From Candidatus Nealsonbacteria bacterium (GTDB taxonomy: Bacteria; Patescibacteriota; Minisyncoccia; Minisyncoccales; JANBVM01): a stretch of DNA of 64,000 nucleotides. A program made the position numbers and the translations under genes. A model generated the notes under the pieces. The model worked only from the letters and a program-made list of their open reading frames with translations. It was not told where the DNA came from and did not search any database. The stretch is from the NCBI GenBank assembly GCA_047456315.1, contig CP179889.1, positions 56,966-120,965 on the forward strand. The letters are read 5' to 3'. Below, piece after piece: positions 9,748 through 18,328 of the stretch (position 1 is its first letter; every line of letters begins with the position of its first letter).

Positions 9748-11229
9748 TTATTTCACTCTCGGGAAAAGAGATTCTCTTTTTTCAATATCAAAAACATATT
9801 GTTTATCGTCGATTTTCATTCCAAGCTGGCATAAAATTTTCTCTGAAGTTTCAGGTAAAAATGGCTCTAATAATTGAGCAATATTAGTAATCGTATAAAG
9901 CAGATATAAAATATGTTTTTTTTGATTTTCGCTTTCTTCCCAGAGCTTATTCTTTTCAATACATTGATCGCAAAAACTAATTAATTCCCAAATTGAAATT
10001 AGAGCTTCATTGAATTTAAATTCTTTTAAAGCCTTTCTGTATTTTTCTTGAGCTTTATCTATTTTCTTCTGGAAATCTGTATTTTTAGCTTCCTCAACTC
10101 TTAAAACTTCAGTTTTTATTTCTGATTTCTCTGCCAAACTTAAAACTCTTGACACTAAATTACCAAGCCCTTTTGCTAAATCAGAATTATACCTTTCTTC
10201 AAGTCTTTCATAAGTAAAGTCACCGTCTTTAAATGGCGAGATTTCGCGCAGGAGAAAATATCTAACTGCTTCTGTGCCATATTTTTCAACTAGTTCAAAT
10301 GGATCAACAACATTGCCCAAAGATTTTGAAATCTTTTCGCCACCAACAGTTATGTATTCATGAATAAAGACTCTATCAGGCGCAGATAAACCAGCTGATA
10401 AAAGCATTCCTGGCCAGTAAACTGCGTGGAATCTTAAAATCCCTTTTCCAATGACATGAAGCTTATTATTGTTTTCTTGCCACCACTGCTTAAACTTTTC
10501 ATCATCTTCTGCATAGTTTAGGGCAGTAATATAATTTGCAAGTGCGTCAAACCAAACCCAGATAATCTGATTAGGATCACCAGGCACTGGAATACCCCAG
10601 CCATGAGCCCTTTCCTTTGAACGGGAAACACAAATATCTTTTAATCCTGAATTGATAAAACTTAAAACTTCATTTTTTCTGGTTTGAGGAATAATTTTAA
10701 TTTTATCTTTCTCGATTAATTCTTTTAATTGATTTTGATATTTAGAAAGTTTAAAAAAATAATTCTCTTCTTCAATTAACTCTGGCTTTTTCTTGTGTTC
10801 TGGACACAAACCATTAACAAGCTCTTTCTCTATATAAAACTCTTCACAATCAACACAATAAAGCCCCTTATACTTCTTCTTATAAATATCTTTTTTACAA
10901 GCAAGCCATAACTTTTCAACCCCTTTTACATGACGCTTCTCAGTTGTTCTGATAAAATCATCAAAGCTTAAATTAAGAACCTTTTTAAGGTTTTTAAAAA
11001 TTTCTGCATTTTTGCCAACAAACTCTTGAACCGGCACATTAGCTTTTTCAGCAGCCTGAACGTTTTTCAAACTATTTTCATCTACTCCGGTTAAAAACAA
11101 AACCTCCTCACCCAATGCTCTATGATAACGAGCTAGAACATCTGCCTGGATTTTTTCAAATGCATGGCCAATATGAGGGTTTGCATTCACATAATCTATT
11201 GCTGTTGTAATAAAAAACTTGCTTTTCAT
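9748..11229 (-). CDS. metG: methionine--tRNA ligase
   Basis: ITTAIDYVNANPHIGH, YCVDCE/CPEH knuckle, VWFDAL, GKGILRFHAVYWP, KISKS. Confidence 0.96.
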   Translation of the reverse strand: MKSKFFITTAIDYVNANPHIGHAFEKIQADVLARYHRALGEEVLFLTGVDENSLKNVQAAEKANVPVQEFVGKNAEIFKNLKKVLNLSFDDFIRTTEKRHVKGVEKLWLACKKDIYKKKYKGLYCVDCEEFYIEKELVNGLCPEHKKKPELIEEENYFFKLSKYQNQLKELIEKDKIKIIPQTRKNEVLSFINSGLKDICVSRSKERAHGWGIPVPGDPNQIIWVWFDALANYITALNYAEDDEKFKQWWQENNNKLHVIGKGILRFHAVYWPGMLLSAGLSAPDRVFIHEYITVGGEKISKSLGNVVDPFELVEKYGTEAVRYFLLREISPFKDGDFTYERLEERYNSDLAKGLGNLVSRVLSLAEKSEIKTEVLRVEEAKNTDFQKKIDKAQEKYRKALKEFKFNEALISIWELISFCDQCIEKNKLWEESENQKKHILYLLYTITNIAQLLEPFLPETSEKILCQLGMKIDDKQYVFDIEKRESLFPRVK

Positions 11230-11307
11230 ATTATTCCATTACTTCTTAATCCTTATATAAAAATTGGCCTATTTCAAGGCCTGTTCTTTGTTTAAAAAAG
11301 CATAACT

Positions 11308-12333
11308 TTAATCAACCAGACCGTCTTTTTTCCTTTCCTGCAGAAAATCTCTTAAAAACTCATAAATTATACTTGTCAAAGGAATTGCTAAAATTGCTCC
11401 TAAAAACCCTGCTAATCTTCCACCAACAAGTACAGCTATCAAAACTAAAATAGCAGGCAGTCCAACCAGCCTTCTAGTTAAAATTGGAGTGATAATATTT
11501 CCCTCTATTTGCTGAATCAAAATAAAAGCCAATAAAACAAACAGGGCTTTAAACCAGGAATCCAATGCTGCTAAAATAGTTATTATTGTGCCAGCAAAGA
11601 TAGGGCCCAGCACTGGAATAATGTCCATTACTCCTGCAAATAAACTTAGCATTGATGCATAATTTACATTTAAAACATTCAAGGTGATGTATGAAACTAG
11701 TCCAACAAACAAACTGCTTAAAATTCTTGTTCCAAACCAGGCAGCAGTTTTGTTCTGACACCTTTGCCATAAGTCCTGAAAATATCCTTCACTTTTTTTA
11801 GGAGCAAGGGCTTCAATTGCTTTTTTAACCTCCTTTTCTTCCATTGAAAAGAATATAGCAATAGCAAAAATAGTAACTGTTGAAAAGATTCCTCCAAAAA
11901 TAGAGACTAAAACCCCAAAAATACTTGAAGATGCTTGTATTAACCAGGTCTGCAAGGCCAAGGTAAAGGTTTCAAAATTCTCAAAAGCCTCCAGACCCAA
12001 TCCCCTTAGAGGAGGTGATAGTTTTCCGAAATACTGAGGAAAAAGCTGGGCAAATTGTTGTATTTCAAACACAAAAACAGGCACTGTCCAGTACAGAATA
12101 AAGCTCAGCAGTGCAAACACACTAACATAAACAAAAAGCGTGCCTATGACCCGAGGAATTCTTCTCCTCTCTAAAAAGTTGATTACTGGATTAAATAATA
12201 CTGAAATTACTAAAGCAAAAATAACTGAAACTAAAATGTCTCTTATCGAGTAAAGAGTGTAAAAAACTAAAATAGCAATGCTGATTTTTAGAATTGTTCC
12301 CCAAGATATATCTAAAACTCTTTCTTCGTCCAT
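11308..12333 (-). CDS. AI-2E (PerM/UPF0118) family transporter
   Basis: Multi-TM, IPVLGP, QQIEGNIITP, GAILAIP. Confidence 0.88.
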   Translation of the reverse strand: MDEERVLDISWGTILKISIAILVFYTLYSIRDILVSVIFALVISVLFNPVINFLERRRIPRVIGTLFVYVSVFALLSFILYWTVPVFVFEIQQFAQLFPQYFGKLSPPLRGLGLEAFENFETFTLALQTWLIQASSSIFGVLVSIFGGIFSTVTIFAIAIFFSMEEKEVKKAIEALAPKKSEGYFQDLWQRCQNKTAAWFGTRILSSLFVGLVSYITLNVLNVNYASMLSLFAGVMDIIPVLGPIFAGTIITILAALDSWFKALFVLLAFILIQQIEGNIITPILTRRLVGLPAILVLIAVLVGGRLAGFLGAILAIPLTSIIYEFLRDFLQERKKDGLVD

Positions 12334-12341
12334 AGTTTAAA

Positions 12342-13607
12342 TTAAAGTTTTAATATTTTTTTAAATTTCTCTTTATTTTCAAATGGACCAATCAAAGCTA
12401 AGTTCAATTTCTGTGGCTGAAAAATATCTTTAGCAACTTTTAAAATATCGTTTGAACTAACTTTATCAACTTTTTTAAAAATCTCTTTTAAGGTTAAAAT
12501 CTTTCCCTCTAAAAGCTCTTGATTGGCAAAAAATGAAGCCAAAGCATCAGAAGGTTCCAACAGAAGCGCTGTTTTTCCTTTAATATAGTCCTTAGCTTTT
12601 TTTAATTCCAAAGTAGGAACTTTTTGTTTTGAAATTTTCTTGTATTCTTCTAAAACTGCTGAAATTACTATTTCTATCTTTTTATTATCCACTCCAATCT
12701 GGGTTAATAGATAACCAGAATCAGGATTTGCTTCAGAGATAGTACTGATGTAATAAGCTGCACCCAACTTTTCCCTTATTTTAGCAAATAAACGAGAACT
12801 CATCATTCCTCCTAAAATAACAGCTAATAGTTTTTGGGCGTGTCTTTGAACATGGAATAAATTATATGCCCTTACTCCTAAACATAAATGGGTCTGATCA
12901 GTTTTTCTTGTTTGAATAATTATTTCAGGACTGGATTGTCTTTCAACAACTGATTGTTTTTTTGCTGGCTCATCTTCTTTTATTTTTGAAAAGTATTTTT
13001 TAACTTTTTTAATCGCCAAATCACTATTTATGTTTCCAGCAACACAAACTATTGTGTTTGATGCCACATACTGACCACTCATATAATCAATCAACTTCTT
13101 TCTTGTCATCTTAGAAATATTCTCTTTTGTTCCAATAACATCCCAGCCAGCAGGCTGATCACCATATAAAAGCTTGGACCACAAAACATGAACATAGGTC
13201 ATTGGATGGTCTAATCGCATATTGACCTCTTCAGTAATTACTCCTTTTTCTTTTTGAATTTCTTTTTCAGCTAAGGTTGAATTTAGGAAAATATCAGAAA
13301 CCCAGTCCAGGGCTATCTCAAATTCTGTTGCAATTGTTTTTGCATAATAGCCGGTATACTCTTCAGAAGTAAAAGCATTGTATATTCCACCAATTTTATC
13401 CAGTGTTTCAGCAATGTCCATTGTTGAAGGTCTTTTTTTTGTTCCTTTAAAATACATATGCTCTAAGAAATGAGAGATTCCATTAACGTCTTTTTTCTCA
13501 TATTTAGAACCAGTCTTTACTAAAACTAAAACTGTGACAGCCTGGGTGCTTTTCTGAGGAACAGTGATAATCCGCAGTCCATTTTTAAGAGTTGTTTTTT
13601 TAAACAT
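12342..13607 (-). CDS. M16 (pitrilysin-like) zinc peptidase
   Basis: LKNGLRII, GISHFLEHM (HxxEH), NAFTS, MSSRLF; start MFKKT at 13607. Confidence 0.92.
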   Translation of the reverse strand: MFKKTTLKNGLRIITVPQKSTQAVTVLVLVKTGSKYEKKDVNGISHFLEHMYFKGTKKRPSTMDIAETLDKIGGIYNAFTSEEYTGYYAKTIATEFEIALDWVSDIFLNSTLAEKEIQKEKGVITEEVNMRLDHPMTYVHVLWSKLLYGDQPAGWDVIGTKENISKMTRKKLIDYMSGQYVASNTIVCVAGNINSDLAIKKVKKYFSKIKEDEPAKKQSVVERQSSPEIIIQTRKTDQTHLCLGVRAYNLFHVQRHAQKLLAVILGGMMSSRLFAKIREKLGAAYYISTISEANPDSGYLLTQIGVDNKKIEIVISAVLEEYKKISKQKVPTLELKKAKDYIKGKTALLLEPSDALASFFANQELLEGKILTLKEIFKKVDKVSSNDILKVAKDIFQPQKLNLALIGPFENKEKFKKILKL

Positions 13608-13629
13608 AACTATATATTTACATTCTATC

Positions 13630-13765
13630 AAAAAACCGCCTATTAAGCGATTTTATCTTAGCTCAGGCGGTAGGATTCGAACCCGCCTCGGTCGCCCTGT
13701 ATGCATAGGCGTCTCGGTCTCTCGAACAGTGCGCAAGATTGATGGAGACCCTGGACGATTTTCGA
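13630..13765 (-). repeat. cassette-boundary repeat copy A: att-like half + GC module + tRNA-3'-like core (13661..13682) + terminator
   Basis: Minus strand TTCGAGAGACCGAGACGC-N-AGGGCGACCGAGGCGG-GTTCGAATCCTACCGCCTGAGC-TAAGAT-AAAATCGCTTAATAGGCGGTTTTTT. Confidence 0.85.
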
Positions 13766-13834
13766 ATCTTCAAGAAGGAAATTATTAGCAAGCGCCCGAA
13801 ATTTTAGGTATTCCTCTTTCCTATTTCTGGCTTC

Positions 13835-14413
13835 TTATTGAGAAGTCTCGATAGGAAGATTGTTTGGTGGAGAAACGATTTTCTTTCGTCTTTTAGTTCG
13901 CTCCTTAAGATACTTTTTTAAAAAGAATCCTCCCGAAAGAATCGCTAAAATTGCGAATATCCAAATTGAATTTTGGGAAATAAATCTTAAAACAGAAGCT
14001 AAAAATATTAGATTTTCTTCCTCAACATTTAATTGCACGGGGACTTTAACTCCAGGATTAACGCTAAAACTCTGACGATCTAATGGTTTAGCTAAAACCG
14101 AGAGATTAATCGCTTTTCTCCCCTCTTCTTTAGCCAAAAAAGTAATTTTAACTTCTTTATTTTCTCCTGCCTCTAAACGGAAATTGCTTGGCTCAATTTT
14201 TATCCACTCATTTAATTCATCAGGAAAAACCTGAAAAATTCCCGCTTCTTGGGAAATGTTATAAATTAAAATTTTAGCTTTTTTAGGCTGACCAACCTCT
14301 AATTCTAAGTCTAAAAATGAAGGTTTAGTTCCGATTCCAATAGCTAAAGCTGAATCAAAAGAGAAAAGGAAACAAAAAACAAAAAGTAGAATTGTTAAAA
14401 TCTTAAATTTCAT
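13835..14413 (-). CDS. secreted Ig/PapD-like protein with C-terminal membrane anchor
   Basis: Signal peptide, beta-rich domain (KPSFLDLEL..ILIYN..WIKIEP), TM helix then basic tail; start overlaps the upstream stop. Confidence 0.75.
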   Translation of the reverse strand: MKFKILTILLFVFCFLFSFDSALAIGIGTKPSFLDLELEVGQPKKAKILIYNISQEAGIFQVFPDELNEWIKIEPSNFRLEAGENKEVKITFLAKEEGRKAINLSVLAKPLDRQSFSVNPGVKVPVQLNVEEENLIFLASVLRFISQNSIWIFAILAILSGGFFLKKYLKERTKRRKKIVSPPNNLPIETSQ

Positions 14414-16161
14414 TATTGATTAGCAATTGCCCAAAAAGTTAAATCACCCTCTTTAATTCCAAGATCTGTCCAGCCGGCAGGGATAGTTAATCCGACTAAA
14501 ACATTTTTCTCTGATCCAGTATTAATAATAGTGCTAAATTCTGGCCAATCTAATTCCTCTAAGGTAATATTTTCTCTAAAAATCTGCTCGCCACTAACAA
14601 TTCCCTCAAGATATATCCTGAGATCACCAGTATTAGTAATTACTAATAAATCACTGGCTTGAGCCCCGGGAGCTAATTGACCAAAATCAATCTGATTTTT
14701 GTCAATGATAAAAGCGATTTCTGGAACTGGTGGAGCTGGCTGGATTATCTCTACTCTCAACCCAACATTTTGACTAATTCCTTCTCCGACTAATAAACTT
14801 ACCTGATTAGTTTGGATAAAACCTGATTTTTCAGCATAAACTTGATAAATTCCTAGAGTATTAATGATTAAATCGGCTTCACCATCATTATCAGTGATAA
14901 AAGTCAGACTTCCAACATAAATTATAGCTTCAGCTAAGGGTTTCCATTCAGAATCTTCAAAATATTCCACTTTGGCTTCGAGATTATTTCCTGGATTAAC
15001 CTTTTGACCAGCCAGAGTTAATCTGATAGGTAACCAACCCCATTCACCAAAATACCACAAGACCTCATCGCCCGGTTCTAATGTATAGTCAGCTGCCCCA
15101 ATCATTGGTATTTCATAGTTAACAAAATAAAGCCAGCCAATTAAATCATGAGCTTCTTCTTCATTAATCTTTTTTAAATAAGGTCCCCAACTGGTTTCCT
15201 CAATCAAATAAGTATAGCTACAGACTTGGGCTCCATTTTCAATAATATCTAAGGCAGTAGTTGCTTTTACTTTTGCGTCACAAATATTGTTATTCTCTCC
15301 TTCAATTCTTAAATGATGTAACCTATTTATTGGATAATAATTTTCAGTTAGGGCAATTACTGCATAGGCAGTTAAAATTGGATAATCCTTATCTTCGGAG
15401 GCAATCCATTTAAAAGAGCCATCTGCTTTTTGTAATGATTTTAAGTGATCAACTGGATTTTGATCATTTTTCTGCCAATCGAAAGGATCCTGACCTAATT
15501 TATAAATTGCTGAGATGACCCAACCATCAGAGCCAGAATCGGATGGACCTGCAGGAAGATAAGGAAAACCACCATCATCATTCTGGCTTGATTTTAAATA
15601 ATCAATAGCTTTAATGATTGCTGGATCCTGAGAAGAAATCCCAGCTTCTAACAAAGCCATAATTGCAGCTGCTGTATCATTGGTGTCACTCTGGCCTAAA
15701 AGAGCATAACTCCAGCCACCATTTTCATTTTGATTATTTAAAATGAAATTTTTAGAATCTTGAATGATTTGATCGGAAATACTTTCACCAGCCGAAACTA
15801 AAGCCAAAATTCCCCAGAAATCATCATTTAATAAATCAGGAGAACCAATTTGATTATTTTGATAAAAGCTTTTCAGTTGAGTAACAAAATCAATATTGCT
15901 AAAAGTTTTTGGATTTTCGCCTGCAGCAATTAAGGCCAAAATAGTTTTTTCATAATCGGTGGCTAAGTTGCCTGTAACTTCTTTTAAATGGTTTAGATCT
16001 AAATCTATTTCGCCAGCCGCTACCAAAGCCATTGTTATCCAGGGATCGGGAGTCTGGGCTTTAAGGTAATTGATGGTAGAATTATCTATTTCCGCCAGAC
16101 CTGGTAAAACTAACGAAAAAATTAAGGTTCCTGCCAGAAAAAGTAAGATTGTTTTTTTCAT
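14413..16161 (-). CDS. secreted prenyltransferase/squalene-cyclase-repeat + DUF4430 (transcobalamin-like) protein with C-terminal beta-sandwich domains; putative corrinoid-binding protein
   Basis: Signal peptide; QNENGGW, QNDDGGF, QKADGSF repeats; GPYLKKIN...GWLYFVNYEIPMIGAADYTLEPGDEVLWYF; downstream of a cobalamin riboswitch. Confidence 0.8.
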   Translation of the reverse strand: MKKTILLFLAGTLIFSLVLPGLAEIDNSTINYLKAQTPDPWITMALVAAGEIDLDLNHLKEVTGNLATDYEKTILALIAAGENPKTFSNIDFVTQLKSFYQNNQIGSPDLLNDDFWGILALVSAGESISDQIIQDSKNFILNNQNENGGWSYALLGQSDTNDTAAAIMALLEAGISSQDPAIIKAIDYLKSSQNDDGGFPYLPAGPSDSGSDGWVISAIYKLGQDPFDWQKNDQNPVDHLKSLQKADGSFKWIASEDKDYPILTAYAVIALTENYYPINRLHHLRIEGENNNICDAKVKATTALDIIENGAQVCSYTYLIEETSWGPYLKKINEEEAHDLIGWLYFVNYEIPMIGAADYTLEPGDEVLWYFGEWGWLPIRLTLAGQKVNPGNNLEAKVEYFEDSEWKPLAEAIIYVGSLTFITDNDGEADLIINTLGIYQVYAEKSGFIQTNQVSLLVGEGISQNVGLRVEIIQPAPPVPEIAFIIDKNQIDFGQLAPGAQASDLLVITNTGDLRIYLEGIVSGEQIFRENITLEELDWPEFSTIINTGSEKNVLVGLTIPAGWTDLGIKEGDLTFWAIANQ

Positions 16162-16168
16162 ATATTTT

Positions 16169-16193
16169 AAAACCCACTCTCTTCGAGTGGGTC
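16169..16193 (-). terminator. riboswitch-controlled intrinsic terminator
   Basis: Minus strand ACCCACTC-GAAGA-GAGTGGGT-TTT a few nt before the ATG at 16161. Confidence 0.8.
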
Positions 16194-16219
16194 AAATTAT
16201 TTCAAAATTAAAATAACCT

Positions 16220-16364
16220 TTTTCCCTTAGGCTCGAAGAGAAAATTAAAATTCATGATAGGCAGATCAGTTTTCTGGCTTATCCCATTTTGGGCTTCACA
16301 GCTGCGGCCCAGCGCCTGATTATAACAGGACTTTCCTGACTGTCCCTAAATATTAGGGCTGCCT
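16220..16364 (-). promoter_or_regulatory. cobalamin riboswitch (aptamer 16259..16364, kissing-loop hairpin 16220..16244)
   Basis: Minus strand AGGCAG...AGTCAGGAAAGTCCTG-TTATAAT-CAGGCGCTGGGCCGCAGCTGTGA...AAGCCAGAAAACTGATCTGCCT (B12-box-like); hairpin TTTTCTCTT-CGAGCCT-AAGGGAAAA whose loop can pair with GGGCCG. Confidence 0.85.
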
Positions 16365-16385
16365 TTTTTTTATTGTTTCAATTTT

Positions 16386-16413
16386 ATCTTACTTTAGAAA
16401 ATGAACCTGTCAA
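16386..16413 (-). promoter_or_regulatory. sigma70-type promoter TTGACA-N16-TAAGAT for the riboswitch operon
   Basis: Near-consensus boxes about 20 nt upstream of the aptamer. Confidence 0.7.
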
Positions 16414-16489
16414 GTGAATAACTTTGATGGTTTTTAATATAAAAACCCTCGGGCGAAAAATCTCAGCTTTGCAGGCCGGACCCAAACCG

Positions 16490-16630
16490 GAGGCGGCTCG
16501 GTTGCCCAAACCGAACACAAGCCTGCTCCGGCGGTAGGACTTGAACCCCTCTCGGTCGCCCTAACGCCATAAGCGTCTCGGTTTCTCGAAAGGCTCGCTG
16601 CTGGGCTCCGGGGGCTGGACGAGGTTAGAG
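16490..16630 (-). repeat. cassette-boundary repeat copy B (core 16525..16546)
   Basis: Minus strand CGTCCAGCCCCCGGAGC...TTTCGAGAAACCGAGACGC-N-AGGGCGACCGAGAGGG-GTTCAAGTCCTACCGCCGGAGC-AGGCTTGTGTTCGGTTTGGGCAACCGAGCCGC. Confidence 0.88.
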
Positions 16631-16636
16631 CCTGTT

Positions 16637-16783
16637 TTATGACTTTTTCTCAGGTATGAAATAAATAAACCATACAAACCAAACAAGCCAAATGGCTCCT
16701 GAAAAATTTCCACTTAAAAGTCCTTGGATACCCCTTATCCCCATAAATCCGAGAAATCCTAACATCCAATTTTCTCTCATCAT
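16637..16783 (-). CDS. small hydrophobic membrane protein (48 aa), single-gene cassette
   Basis: MMRENWMLGFLGFMGIRGIQGLLSGNFSGAIWLVWFVWFIYFIPEKKS*; below track length cutoff; sits between repeat copies C and B. Confidence 0.65.
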   Translation of the reverse strand: MMRENWMLGFLGFMGIRGIQGLLSGNFSGAIWLVWFVWFIYFIPEKKS

Positions 16784-16832
16784 AAATATTTTAATTTTAA
16801 ATTTAATTAAAATATTTCAGACCTTTCATTTT

Positions 16833-16924
16833 CATTCTACCAAAAAACCGCCTGATTGGCGATTTTTAATGCGGCTCGGTCGCTCGAACCGAGTACAAGC
16901 CTGCTCCGGCGGTAGGACTCGAAC
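16833..16924 (-). repeat. cassette-boundary repeat copy C (core 16903..16924) abutting the glyS stop
   Basis: Minus strand GTTCGAGTCCTACCGCCGGAGC-AGGCTTGTACTCGGTTCGAGCGACCGAGCCGC-ATTAAAAATCGCCAATCAGGCGGTTTTTT. Confidence 0.88.
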
Positions 16925-16925
16925 T

Positions 16926-18326
16926 TTAACGCTCAATTTTCTTTTTTAAAAATTCAACTAACTCTTTTATTTTTACTCTAACTTGCTTTGTTGTATCACG
17001 ATCACGAACAGTGACATCATCTTGTTTTAATGAATCATAATCAATAGTAATACAAAATGGGGTTCCTATTTCATCTTGAGAATAATAACGTTTTCCAATA
17101 TTACCTCTATCATCCCAGGCAGTAGAGAATTCTGGCCTCAGTATTTCATAAACCTCTTTTGCTTTCTTAACCAGCTCTTCTTTATTGGCTAACAAAGGAA
17201 ATACTGCTACTTTATATGGAGCTAAATATGGTTTTAGTTTTAAAACAACTCTATCTTCTTTTTTTCCTTTTTCTTCAAAATAACTATCCAGTAAACAAAC
17301 CAGAAACGACCTGTCCATTCCAAAGGTTGGTTCCACTACATGAGGAATAAATTTTTCTTTTGTTTTTTCATCAGTATAACGCAAATCAACTCCTGATTTT
17401 TCCATATGATTCTTCAAATCAAAATCAGTCCTATAAGCTAAACCATAAAGCTCTTTAAAACTACCAAAAGGAAAATTATATTCTAAATCTTCTGTTTTTT
17501 TAGAATAATGAGATCTTTCATCATCTGTGTGTTCCCGCCACCTTAGATTCTTTTTATTTACACCCAAAATTTCAGTTGTCCATTTCCACATTTCTTTTTT
17601 CCAATAATCAAATAAATCCTGCCGTTTTTGTTTTTTAGGATTAAAGAAATATTCAAACTCAGACAGATTAAATTGAAGAGTTCTAAAAATAAAATTACCC
17701 AATGTTATTTCGTTTCTAAAAACAGCACCTGATTGGGCCAAACCAAAAGGTAATTCAGGTGATTGAGAATCTAGAACATTTTTAAAATTAATAAACATTC
17801 CCTGAGCAATCTCTCCCCTTAAATATGCCTTAGACCTGCTTTCATCAACAATACCAATATGAGTTTCAAATAAAAGATTAAATTGTCTTGGCTTTGTCCA
17901 ATTAAAAGCTTTACATGATGGACAAGCAACTTTCTCTTTATCAATAATCTCTTTCATCTTCTCAACACTAAAACCTTCAACTTTTATTTCTTTTCCTTTT
18001 TTCCTAAAATGATCTTCAATTAAATGATCAGCCCTGATTCTGCTTTTGCATTTCTTACAATCAATTAAAACATCAGTAAAACTATCAGTATGACCTGAAG
18101 CCTGCCAGACCTTAGGACTCATAATGATTCCTGAATCAAGGCCATAAATATCACTTCTCTTTTTAACAAAATGTTTCCACCAAAGATTTTTAATATTTCT
18201 CAAAAGCTCAACTCCTAAAGGACCGTAATCATAAGTATTAGCCAGCCCTCCATATATTTCAGAGCCAGGAAAAATAAAGCCTCGTCTTTTTGCTAATGAT
18301 GTAATTTTTGCCATTTTATCAGCCAT
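16926..18326 (-). CDS. glyQS: glycine--tRNA ligase, alpha2 (eukaryote/archaea-like) type
   Basis: KRRGFIFPGSEIYGG, FRNEIT, PHVVEPTFGMDR, IGKRYYSQDEIGTPF. Confidence 0.95.
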   Translation of the reverse strand: MADKMAKITSLAKRRGFIFPGSEIYGGLANTYDYGPLGVELLRNIKNLWWKHFVKKRSDIYGLDSGIIMSPKVWQASGHTDSFTDVLIDCKKCKSRIRADHLIEDHFRKKGKEIKVEGFSVEKMKEIIDKEKVACPSCKAFNWTKPRQFNLLFETHIGIVDESRSKAYLRGEIAQGMFINFKNVLDSQSPELPFGLAQSGAVFRNEITLGNFIFRTLQFNLSEFEYFFNPKKQKRQDLFDYWKKEMWKWTTEILGVNKKNLRWREHTDDERSHYSKKTEDLEYNFPFGSFKELYGLAYRTDFDLKNHMEKSGVDLRYTDEKTKEKFIPHVVEPTFGMDRSFLVCLLDSYFEEKGKKEDRVVLKLKPYLAPYKVAVFPLLANKEELVKKAKEVYEILRPEFSTAWDDRGNIGKRYYSQDEIGTPFCITIDYDSLKQDDVTVRDRDTTKQVRVKIKELVEFLKKKIER

Positions 18327-18328
18327 AT

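Noticed and set aside
13564-13788. Track ORFs 13564..13788, 16692..16949, 24703..24894, 25556..25753 as real genes
   Set aside because: They are translations across the GC-rich repeats or overlap real genes; only the last ~30 codons of 25556..25753 are of interest, as a relic.
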